Below are positions 10,035 through 18,555 of a DNA stretch of 64,000 nucleotides, in pieces. The DNA is from an uncultured Verrucomicrobiae bacterium. Lineage in GTDB: Bacteria > Verrucomicrobiota > Verrucomicrobiia > Chthoniobacterales > JAFAMB01. Positions within the stretch are counted from its first letter, which is position 1, and every line of letters starts with the position of its first letter. A program made the translations under genes and the position numbers. The notes under the pieces are model-generated. The model saw nothing but the letters and a program-made list of their open reading frames with translations, was not told the DNA's origin and ran no database searches. The stretch lies in assembly GCA_963813025.1 (NCBI GenBank), contig CAWEXO010000013.1, forward strand, positions 64,001 to 128,000, written 5' to 3'.

Positions 10035-11072
10035 ATGAGCTTGAAGAAAACCGTCATCCTGTTTGCCGTTTGCTGGATTGCGGTCATTAGCCTGCTGCAT
10101 GCCGGTTTAAACCTGCACGTCTTCCAAGGCCCTTGGATCAGGGTTGCGAAACCATTCAAGGTCGGTTTTTTGCCGGTAACGTGCCATCTCACCTGTCCTG
10201 TTACCGATTTCATTAATAAACAGACCAGGGGTGTTTCCGAATTCGAGCCTATCCGATTTCAGAGTTTTCCGGAATTGAAAGAGGCTTTTCTCAGTGGCGA
10301 TACACCCGCCACGTTTATCCTCGCTCCTCTCGCGATGAAACTACGGGAAGATGGGATTCCCATTAAGATCGTTTACCTCGGCCACCGCGATGGCACAGCG
10401 ATGGTGGTAAACAAGGATTCGTCAATCTATCGGATCGAAGATTTGAAGGGAAAAACGATTGCCGTTCCGAACCGGTTCTCCAACCAGTTTCTCCTGGTCT
10501 TCAAGGCGCTTCGGGACAAAGGCTTGTCGCCGGCCGATGTCGAAATCGTGGAGATGCCTCCGCCCGATATGCCGGCCGCAATCTTCAGCCACGCCGTCGA
10601 TGCGGTTACCTCGGGTGAACCGTTCATGGGTCAGGCTGAAATGGATGGCTACGGGCGAGTGCTTTACCTGACAAAGGATGTCTGGCCGAATTTCATCTCG
10701 TGCGTTCTCGCGGTCAACGAGAGTGCCATCAAACACGACCGTGCCACGGTCCAACGCCTGGTAGACGGAATCGCTCGGAGCGGCCTCTGGCTTGATCAAT
10801 CGATGAATCACCGCATGGAGGCTGCTGAGTTTACCGCCAAGTACTATTATCATCAGGATCCGCGTCTCCTCCGGTTTGTGTTAAGCAAACCTCCCGATCG
10901 CGTGAAGTATACCAATCTGGTGGTGCGGAAACCGGATTTCCTGGAAATCGAGCAGCTCGGGCGGCTCGCCGGCATTCTCAAAGGTAAGGCCACCTTTGAG
11001 GACTACTCCGATACGAGCTTTGTCCGCTCCGGAAACAGTCTCGCGGCGTATTCCTGGGAAAATCCACAATGA
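10035..11072 (+). CDS. NitT/TauT-type ABC transporter substrate-binding protein
   Basis: VGFLPVTCHL and DLKGKTIAVP motifs; N-terminal hydrophobic segment; operon with permease and ATPase. Confidence 0.85.
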   Translation: MSLKKTVILFAVCWIAVISLLHAGLNLHVFQGPWIRVAKPFKVGFLPVTCHLTCPVTDFINKQTRGVSEFEPIRFQSFPELKEAFLSGDTPATFILAPLAMKLREDGIPIKIVYLGHRDGTAMVVNKDSSIYRIEDLKGKTIAVPNRFSNQFLLVFKALRDKGLSPADVEIVEMPPPDMPAAIFSHAVDAVTSGEPFMGQAEMDGYGRVLYLTKDVWPNFISCVLAVNESAIKHDRATVQRLVDGIARSGLWLDQSMNHRMEAAEFTAKYYYHQDPRLLRFVLSKPPDRVKYTNLVVRKPDFLEIEQLGRLAGILKGKATFEDYSDTSFVRSGNSLAAYSWENPQ

Positions 11073-11836
11073 AGCGTCTCGCTCCTGTACTGTGGCCGCT
11101 CGCGACCTTTGCGGCCGGGCTCCTGATCTGGAATTTCGCCGTCGTTTTCTCTGGAAGCGATATTTTCCCGCGTCCCTACCAGGTGGCGCTCGGAATCGTT
11201 GAACTCTGCCGCCAAGGAGTACTCCTGAACTATGTTGTTGCCTCGCTCTTTCGCGTGACCATCGGTTTCACATTTGCCATTATCGTCGGTGTGCCGCTCG
11301 GGCTGATCCTCGGTTGGTTTCGACCGGCGTTCCTGGCGCTCAATCCTCTTATCCAGATGCTCCGGCCGATCTCCCCGATTGCCTGGATTCCGCTGGCGAT
11401 CCTTTGGTTCCATGTCGACGATCGCGCGCCGATTTTCCTCATTTTTCTGGCCAGTGTATTTCCGATAACCGTTTCGGCCTTGGCCGCGGTGCAGAACATT
11501 CAACCAGTTTACGTGCGCGCCGCGCAAAACTTTGGTCTGACTGGCATCGATCTGTTTCGCCGGGTGGTGTTTCCGGCTTGCTTGCCGCAGATTCTGACGG
11601 GGTTGCGGATCGCCCTGGGCATAGCCTGGCTGGTCGTGGTTGCTGCCGAAATGATCGCAGTCAACTCCGGGCTAGGTTACCTGATCATCGATGCGCGCAA
11701 TGCAGGTAAGCGTTACGACTTGGTAGTGGCCGGCATGCTGATGATCGGGCTCATCGGACTTTGCCTCGACTTATTGATCCGCCGCCTGGAACGGTTTGAC
11801 GAAGTAAAGTGGGGTTATTCGACGCCGAACGCATGA
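11069..11836 (+). CDS. NitT/TauT-type ABC transporter permease
   Basis: LRPISPIAWIPL and VVVAAEM motifs; overlaps upstream stop. Confidence 0.9.
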   Translation: MKRLAPVLWPLATFAAGLLIWNFAVVFSGSDIFPRPYQVALGIVELCRQGVLLNYVVASLFRVTIGFTFAIIVGVPLGLILGWFRPAFLALNPLIQMLRPISPIAWIPLAILWFHVDDRAPIFLIFLASVFPITVSALAAVQNIQPVYVRAAQNFGLTGIDLFRRVVFPACLPQILTGLRIALGIAWLVVVAAEMIAVNSGLGYLIIDARNAGKRYDLVVAGMLMIGLIGLCLDLLIRRLERFDEVKWGYSTPNA

Positions 11837-12600
11837 GTGAGCCGGTTATTCGTGTTCGCGATCTTTGGATGAGCTTTCCCGGAAAAACGGGAGAGGCGGC
11901 GATCGAGGTTCTTATCAGAATCGATCTGCAGGTTTATGCCGGCGAGTTTGTTTGCCTGGTCGGTCCGTCCGGATGTGGCAAGTCCACTTTACTCAATCTG
12001 GTCGCAGGCTTTCTCCAACCCACTCGCGGAACCGTCACCATTCAAGGAAAACCGGTTTTGGGGCCAGATCCTCAACGCATTTTTGTTTTTCAAGAGAACG
12101 GCGTGTTTCCGTGGTTGACGGTGCAGGATAATATTGGCTTTGGCATTCGGGGCAAGTCGGGCGAAGAGAAGCGGGCGATTAGTGCTCATTACATCGAGAT
12201 GGTCGGTCTGACCGGATTTGAGAAAACCTATCCGCGCGAGTTGTCCGGAGGCATGCGGCAACGGGTCGAGATTGCGCGCGCGCTGGCCGCGGGTCCGGAG
12301 ATCATTTACATGGACGAACCGTTCGGCGCGCTCGACTTCATGACCCGGCTGAAAATGCGGGCTGACCTGTTGCGAATCTGGCACGAAGAACAAAAATCCA
12401 TCTTGTTTGTCACGCACGACGTGGAAGAAGCTGTTCAGCTGGCCGACCGGATTGTCGTAATGAGCAGCCGGCCTGCTGTGATCACCCAGCAGGTTGAAAT
12501 CCAGCTGGAGAGGCCGCGAGATCTGGATTCGCCAGCTTACATCGAGACGCGCGACCATATTTTCGCCTTGTTGGGAATGAGTTTGAAGGTCGGCGTTTAG
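11833..12600 (+). CDS. NitT/TauT-type ABC transporter ATP-binding protein
   Basis: GPSGCGKS, LSGGMRQR, MDEPFGALD. Confidence 0.92.
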   Translation: MSEPVIRVRDLWMSFPGKTGEAAIEVLIRIDLQVYAGEFVCLVGPSGCGKSTLLNLVAGFLQPTRGTVTIQGKPVLGPDPQRIFVFQENGVFPWLTVQDNIGFGIRGKSGEEKRAISAHYIEMVGLTGFEKTYPRELSGGMRQRVEIARALAAGPEIIYMDEPFGALDFMTRLKMRADLLRIWHEEQKSILFVTHDVEEAVQLADRIVVMSSRPAVITQQVEIQLERPRDLDSPAYIETRDHIFALLGMSLKVGV

Positions 12601-12620
12601 ACGGCGTCTTTCTTTGTCCT

Positions 12621-13018
12621 GCGGACGGCCTCGTCCGTATCCCGGGAGGTGACGCACGAGGCCGTGCGTCCTACCCGAGGGCAAAATCGTCGCGGTATGA
12701 GCTGAACAGTTGAGGTTCACCCACAGAATAACATTCCAAAAAGAGACTCCGAACATTTCTGGATAAGCCGGTGTTTTTTTCATTAATTAACGCTCCGGGC
12801 CGGATTAAAGCGCTGGAATCTTCCGCTCTTATGAGGGCGGGACAACAGAGGGGAACGGTTTTCCCGGGGTTAGAAACCCCGGGCTGAGTCCTGATGTCCC
12901 CTCGGGACAAGAAACAAGGTCCGACGGACCTAAAAATGCCGGTGTCACGGGGGAAAGTGGTACGCCCTTCCAGCCTCTGACTGGAGTTTGCGCCGATACT
13001 TTGGTTGCGGCTACGCCG
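12621..13018. repeat. Cluster of dispersed REP-like motifs
   Basis: 12621-12644 is the exact reverse complement of 15481-15504; hairpin CCCGGGGTT-AGA-AACCCCGGG at 12863-12883; TGGTTGCGGCTACGCCG at 13002-13018 recurs at 15569-15585. Confidence 0.75.
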
Positions 13019-13138
13019 TGCTGTGCACTTCCGAGACTTGCTCAACGGCCTACAAGGCGATCGATGAACTGGCCCAGCTGCGGATTGCTGGTTTTGCTTG
13101 CGCTTCCTGCGTTCCTAGGGCTGGTTCCTCCGCCTCCG

Positions 13139-14182
13139 GTGAAAGAACTTACCCAACAGCTTCTGGCGAAAATTGATTTGGATGCCGCACAGGTGCGCAC
13201 CTGTGCAGTGGAATTGGCGGATCCCAGTTTTCCCGAGGCTGATAAAGCGGAATTCCTGGTCGCATTAAAGGCAAAGGGAGAGACGGGCGAAGAACTTGGC
13301 GCCTTTGCCGATGCATTTATCGAACTCGCCATCCGGCCCGAGACCAAGGTTATCGACAAACCTGGGATGGATCTCTGTGGGACTGGGGGCGATCGGCAGG
13401 ACCTGGTCAACGTTTCGACGGCTGCCATGTTTCCAGTCGCAGCCGCCGGAGTCACCGTTTTGAAGCACGGGAACAAATCGATTACATCAAAGGCAGGGGG
13501 CGCAGACGTTCTCGAAGCGCTCGGCATTCCGGTGACCTGTTCACCGGATTTGATGCAGGAATGCTTGGCGGAAACCGGATTAGCGTTTTTTTTTGCGCCG
13601 CTTTACCATCCTGCTTTTCGGGTGATCGCCCCGATCCGTAAGAAACTAGCCGAGCAAGGGGTCGCCACAATTTTCAATTTGCTCGGGCCCTTACTGAATC
13701 CAATGCGCCCGGCGTTTCAGCTAGTGGGTATTTTCGCGCCGACAATTCTCGAAAAATACGCCGTAGCGCTGGGCCAGCTCGGACGCGAACGGGCTTGGGT
13801 GGTGCACGGCCTGGTGCCGGGTGGTTCGGGAATGGATGAAATATCGCCTTTGGGCGAAACCCTGGCCTACGAAGTAAAGAAGCGATCTCTAAATCCGTTC
13901 AGCCTTTTTGCCGAAGAGCTGGGGATTGAGAAACCGAGTCTGTACGAGTTGAGAGGAGGCAACCCCGCGCAGAACGCCCGGATTCTAACGGATATCCTAC
14001 TCGGACGTGATCGCAGTGCGCGGCGCGATTTTGTCTTGTTGAATTCAGCCGCCGCTTTCGTCATTGCGGGAGTGGCGCCCAAGATGAGGGCCGGCATGGA
14101 TCTTGCCGCTGAAGTAGTCGATTCGGGCGCAGCGTACGAAAAACTGCGGGCGTTCCAGGAGTTTTTCGCGAAGGGACGGTAA
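13139..14182 (+). CDS. trpD: Anthranilate phosphoribosyltransferase
   Basis: CGTGGD, NVSTAA, KHGN, FNLLGPLLNP and GMDEIS motifs; GTG start at 13139 inferred. Confidence 0.93.
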   Translation: MKELTQQLLAKIDLDAAQVRTCAVELADPSFPEADKAEFLVALKAKGETGEELGAFADAFIELAIRPETKVIDKPGMDLCGTGGDRQDLVNVSTAAMFPVAAAGVTVLKHGNKSITSKAGGADVLEALGIPVTCSPDLMQECLAETGLAFFFAPLYHPAFRVIAPIRKKLAEQGVATIFNLLGPLLNPMRPAFQLVGIFAPTILEKYAVALGQLGRERAWVVHGLVPGGSGMDEISPLGETLAYEVKKRSLNPFSLFAEELGIEKPSLYELRGGNPAQNARILTDILLGRDRSARRDFVLLNSAAAFVIAGVAPKMRAGMDLAAEVVDSGAAYEKLRAFQEFFAKGR

Positions 14183-14257
14183 GAAGGGCCGACAGTACGA
14201 AAAGACTTGTCACCACCCTAGTCCACAACCACACGTTAAACGGCAACTCTTGATCTT

Positions 14258-15241
14258 ATGAACTATCGTCGTCTTGGAAAAACAAACTTTGAAGTTTCCG
14301 AAGTGAGTCTGGGTACATGGCAGCTCGGTGAAGGGTGGGGCCGTGTATCCGAACAAGATGCAGCTGGCCTTCTGCGAGCGGCAATTGACCGCGGAATTAA
14401 TTTTTTTGACACTGCTGATGTGTATGGCGACGGACGCAGTGAACGGTTGATCGCGCAAGTGTTAGGCAAACGCAGTGAAAAGATTTACGTCGCAACCAAA
14501 GCTGGGCGACGTCTTCAGCCGCATACCGCGGACGGGTACAACCGCGAGAACCTCTCCGCATTCGTCGAGCGTAGCTTAATGAACTTGGAGCGCGACGCGT
14601 TGGACCTTCTCCAGTTGCATTGCCCTCCTACTGAAGTTTACTATCGCCCGGAAGTTTTTGATGCGCTCGAGGAGTTGAAACGGGCCGGGAAGATTCTCCA
14701 TTACGGCGTTAGCGTCGAGAAGGTTGAGGAAGCCATCAAGGCGACTGAGTATCCCGGGGTTGCGACTGTCCAAATCATTTTCAATATCTTTCGCCAACGA
14801 CCTAAAGAACTTTTTTTCCCTTTGGCGCAGAAGCGGGATGTGGGAATTTTAGTCCGTCTTCCACTCGCAAGTGGTCTGCTCGGTGGTAAAATTACCAGGG
14901 AAACTCAGTTCACTGCCGACGACCATCGCAGCTACAACCGCTCCGGGGAACGATTCGATCGCGGAGAGACGTTTTCTGGATTAGACCTCGATGTTGCCTT
15001 GGACGCGGTCGAGCAGCTCCGGCAGATTATCCCTACGGATGACAGTATGGCAGCCTTTTCAATGCGCTGGATTCTTCAGCACCCGGAGGTGAGCTGTGTT
15101 ATTCCCGGTGCTCGGAGGGAATCCCAAGCCATTGAAAACGTTAAGGCGTCCGAGTTGCCTCCGTTAAGCGCCGAGCAGATGGAAGCACTGACAAAGATCT
15201 ATCAAGAACGGATCCGTCCGTTCGTACATCAGCGTTGGTAA
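14258..15241 (+). CDS. Aldo/keto reductase
   Basis: GINFFDTADVYGDG, ATKAG, DLLQLH. Confidence 0.92.
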   Translation: MNYRRLGKTNFEVSEVSLGTWQLGEGWGRVSEQDAAGLLRAAIDRGINFFDTADVYGDGRSERLIAQVLGKRSEKIYVATKAGRRLQPHTADGYNRENLSAFVERSLMNLERDALDLLQLHCPPTEVYYRPEVFDALEELKRAGKILHYGVSVEKVEEAIKATEYPGVATVQIIFNIFRQRPKELFFPLAQKRDVGILVRLPLASGLLGGKITRETQFTADDHRSYNRSGERFDRGETFSGLDLDVALDAVEQLRQIIPTDDSMAAFSMRWILQHPEVSCVIPGARRESQAIENVKASELPPLSAEQMEALTKIYQERIRPFVHQRW

Positions 15242-15251
15242 CGAATCGAGG

Positions 15252-15468
15252 TGAAGTCTTCGAAAACGGCGGACAGGTAAGTTGCCTACGGTAAGTGCCT
15301 CGGCTCAGCTGCACCGCCGAGCGCTCGCCTCGCTCCAATAAGTCCACCGCGTTGCGCTTGAACTCTTCAACATAATAGCGCCTCCGGCGCCTGGATTGAC
15401 TTGGCTGTTGTTCTTCGTTCACCTCAGGTTCCTAGCTTAGCACCTGTCCGCAAAATTGAAGAGGCCCC
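15252..15468 (-). mobile_element. Internally deleted IS3-family remnant (MITE-like)
   Basis: OrfA-like HTH start RRYYVEEFKRNAVDLL; imperfect terminal inverted repeats sharing GCGGACAGGT (15252-15278 / 15442-15468); only one end keeps TG/CA. Confidence 0.65.
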
Positions 15469-15642
15469 CTGCGCGCCTCGCGGGATACGGACGAGGCCGT
15501 CCGCGCTACGCGAGTGCGCTCGCGTGAACCTTTTTGGCAGCCGAATTTGTCGAGCAGCGAGGACGATGTGGTTGCGGCTACGCCGCTGTGCCGGCTTCTG
15601 TTGAAAAGGTTCTGGCAACCATCCAAATCCATTCTGCTCCGC

Positions 15643-16491
15643 TCAGGCTCCCTTCACCACGGCCGGCTTCGGGAGATGCTCGATACAGTATTCATGTCCG
15701 TCGCCGGCGACACGAAACTCCAGATCCGGCGCGTCGTGCTCGGTGCGATGGCAGGCCGCGCAACGATGCAATGGTTCGTCTTCGGGCAGCGATTTCGCCG
15801 CGAACTGTACCTTCCGGCGCTGACGCTCAGAGCGATTACGCGCATGGTTGAAAGCTGATGGTCCAAAGAACAGCAGATAATTCAGCAGGCAGACAATGAT
15901 GGCCGCTTTGGTGACCAGCGGGCTCAGGAACAACGTAAAGAGTAGCGGAGCGAAACTCAGCAGGGCCACCCATTTTACCCGGAGCGGGATGATGAAGAGG
16001 ACGTAGATCTGGACGTCGGGAAACAGAGTCGCGAAGGCGTAGAATAGGGAGATATTGATAAAGAAAGGAGTAGTCGCACTGGTGCCTAGGCCGCTACCGA
16101 GAAAAAAGGCCGCGACCGTGACTCCGAACATTCCCAAAAAGTAGTAGAGGGTGAGCCGAAACGCTCCCCAGGCTTGTTCCAGCGTGTCGCCTATCCAGAC
16201 GAGGAACCAGAGGTAGAGCACGAGGAACAAGACTTGCATCCCGCCGGGGGCAAACTGAAAAATGACTTCCGGGATGAAAATATACGAGACCAAGCGCCAG
16301 ATCTGGCCTTGGAGAACCAGCGATGGTTGCAGGGTCAGCAACTGAACGAAGTCCGGCCGGAGAAGATGGAGCACGTAAACCAAGCCGGTCAGCAGCGCGA
16401 TCATCTGGATCAAGCGCGGAATCGCAAGAAATCCCAAGCGCGCTTCCAGCCAATCGATCCAAGACATACGAGAAATCATTGAAATAGCCAA
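15643..16491 (-). CDS. Multi-pass membrane protein (rhomboid-like) with C-terminal CxxC...C motif
   Basis: GQIWRLVSYIF motif, several TM helices, HRCAACHRT...YCIEHL tail. Confidence 0.7.
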   Translation of the reverse strand: MAISMISRMSWIDWLEARLGFLAIPRLIQMIALLTGLVYVLHLLRPDFVQLLTLQPSLVLQGQIWRLVSYIFIPEVIFQFAPGGMQVLFLVLYLWFLVWIGDTLEQAWGAFRLTLYYFLGMFGVTVAAFFLGSGLGTSATTPFFINISLFYAFATLFPDVQIYVLFIIPLRVKWVALLSFAPLLFTLFLSPLVTKAAIIVCLLNYLLFFGPSAFNHARNRSERQRRKVQFAAKSLPEDEPLHRCAACHRTEHDAPDLEFRVAGDGHEYCIEHLPKPAVVKGA

Positions 16492-16565
16492 GAAGGCCGA
16501 AAACTCAGCAATTGCAACCTCTGAGATTATTGCACGAGAACGGTACCCTCAGCATCGCGGACAGG

Positions 16566-16946
16566 CTATCCCTCGGTCTGCGCTCGGTAACTCTCAGAAT
16601 CCTTCAGGTTCTGCAGATCTTCGGGAGCCGAGAGCCTTAGCCGAAAGAGCCAGCCTGCGCCATAAGGGTCAGTATTAACCAACCCCGGATTGTTCTCCAG
16701 AGCGCTGTTGGTTTCCGTAACTTCTCCGGTTACCGGCGAATAGATGTCGCTGGCTGCCTTCACCGATTCGACAACGGCTGCCGGCTTTTTTGGCTCTAGT
16801 TTAGCGCCAATCTGCGGTAGTTCCACGTAAACGATGTCCGTCAATTCGGCCTGAGCATGGTCGGTAATGCCGATCGTCCCCGAATCGCCTTCAACGCGAA
16901 TCCATTCGTGTGTTTCCGAGTACTTCAAATCGTCCGGCACTAGCAT
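16566..16946 (-). CDS. gcvH: Glycine cleavage system H protein
   Basis: HEWIR, lipoyl site VESVKAASD, NTDPYGAGWL. Confidence 0.96.
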   Translation of the reverse strand: MLVPDDLKYSETHEWIRVEGDSGTIGITDHAQAELTDIVYVELPQIGAKLEPKKPAAVVESVKAASDIYSPVTGEVTETNSALENNPGLVNTDPYGAGWLFRLRLSAPEDLQNLKDSESYRAQTEG

Positions 16947-18019
16947 GATCTGCTGTATAGCGGTTTTTTCTCGACAGTCGCGGCAAATTTGCGACCGCGA
17001 ATGTCAATCTGAATTTCCTGACCCGGTTGGCTGTGAGCTGAATCGACGTAACCTAGGCCGATCCCGGCGCCAAGGCTGGGGGATTGAGTGCCACTGGTAA
17101 GTTCGCCAATCTGCTTGGCATCCGCAAAAATGGGATAATGCGGCCGCGGGGGCGGCCCCTTCTCCTGCAGCTTAATCGCGACAAGCTTTTGCCGAAGCCC
17201 AGCGGTTTTCTGGGAGAGGAGGGATTCGCGCCCGGTAAAATCGCCCTTTTTGAAATCAACAAAAAAGCCGAGACCCGCCTCGAGCGGTGTCCGTTCCGGT
17301 GAAAGATCGTTTCCGTTCAAAGGATAACAGACTTCCATCCGCAGCGTGTCTCTGGCGCCCAAGCCGGAAGGTTGAATACCGACCGATTGGCCAGCTTCCA
17401 GCATCTTGCGCCAGAGGACGGGGCCGACTGCGGCCGGGCAAAAGAGCTCAAAACCGTCTTCGCCGGTGTAACCGGTTCGCGCGACGATGACCAAGACGCC
17501 ATCGATCTCCAGCTCGGAACAGTGATTCCGCCTGGGAAGAGAACCGAAGTTGGCAAACACCGCGTGTGCGGCTGGTCCCTGGACAGCCATGGCGGCAAAG
17601 TCGGCGCTCTGGTCGCTCAGCGTGATTCCGGCAGTGCGGCGCGCGTCGAGCCAGGCATAGTCCTCCCCGGTTTTCGCCGCATTCACCACGAGAAAAAAAC
17701 GTTCGGACGCGAGCCGATACGCGATCAGGTCGTCGGTCACTCCGCCGTTTTCATTCAGGAGGAGAGTGTATTGGCATTCATGCGGGCGGATTTTGCTGAT
17801 GTCGTTGGTCAATAACCCGTTTAACCAGGAAACAGCGTTTTGCCCGGAGACCTCGATCTCTCCCATGTGCGAGATATCAAAGATGCCGGCAGCGGTACGA
17901 ACAGCGAGATGTTCGCTGACAATGCTCGAGTAAAAAACCGGCATCTGCCAGCCGGCGAACTCGATCAGCTTGGCTCCAAGGCGGAGGTGCTCGTCATGAA
18001 GAGGACTGGTCTTAAGCAT
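16940..18019 (-). CDS. gcvT: Glycine cleavage system T protein
   Basis: FAGWQMP, DISHMG, RTGYTGEDGFE, GLGARDTLRME. Confidence 0.96.
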   Translation of the reverse strand: MLKTSPLHDEHLRLGAKLIEFAGWQMPVFYSSIVSEHLAVRTAAGIFDISHMGEIEVSGQNAVSWLNGLLTNDISKIRPHECQYTLLLNENGGVTDDLIAYRLASERFFLVVNAAKTGEDYAWLDARRTAGITLSDQSADFAAMAVQGPAAHAVFANFGSLPRRNHCSELEIDGVLVIVARTGYTGEDGFELFCPAAVGPVLWRKMLEAGQSVGIQPSGLGARDTLRMEVCYPLNGNDLSPERTPLEAGLGFFVDFKKGDFTGRESLLSQKTAGLRQKLVAIKLQEKGPPPRPHYPIFADAKQIGELTSGTQSPSLGAGIGLGYVDSAHSQPGQEIQIDIRGRKFAATVEKKPLYSRSC

Positions 18020-18098
18020 CGCGAACAACCGTAACACGCACGGCCGCGTGCGTCACGGGATCGAAAGATTGCACAACGTTTCTGGGTGGTCCGCATGA

Positions 18099-18476
18099 GC
18101 ACGGACGAGGCCGGGCTTATCGGACTTTGGAAAATCTGTAGCACGCCACCCAAGCGATTGGTCGCCCGAGCGGTTAGAGATCGTCTCAGAATGCCGCACT
18201 GTCTTGTGGGTGTAGGGCAGTATGTGAGTATGTCTCGCAACATCTCAAAATCGGTAGGGCGAGAATTCATCTGAGCCTTCGGCGAAGACTCGTTCGAGCC
18301 GCGCGCTGCGGCAGGTCACGCTGAAGACGGCTCAAACAAGTTCTCGCTAAGGCTCGAATAAATTTTCGCCCTACCGGCGCAGGACCAAAGATGCTTTGGG
18401 ACATGTCTCGAACCTTAGCTCGATTGCGCGAGTTACAGATTGGCCAAAGTCCGACAGACCCGAGGCCGTCCGCGCT
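18099..18476. repeat. Nested palindromic repeat cassette between divergent gcvT and gcvP
   Basis: Outer imperfect inverted pair (about 18099-18142 / 18432-18476; related copy near 35079-35130); inner GTAG-type REP pair 18252-18270 / 18328-18378. Confidence 0.75.
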
Positions 18477-18555
18477 ACGCCGACACGCCCTTTCGCCAGC
18501 ACCCCCGAGCAGCTCAGCTCGTTGACCTCGAGGGAAAGCCGTTTCATGTTTGCCG

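Noticed and set aside
11989..12783. Long antisense ORFs (also 55811-56617, 59384-60145, 61791-62663)
   Set aside because: Shadows of well-supported genes in GC-rich DNA, with no recognisable motifs.
18040..18555. Glycine riboswitch upstream of gcvT or gcvP
   Set aside because: No tandem aptamer motifs recognised; the structure is explained by dispersed repeats. Not tested with Rfam.
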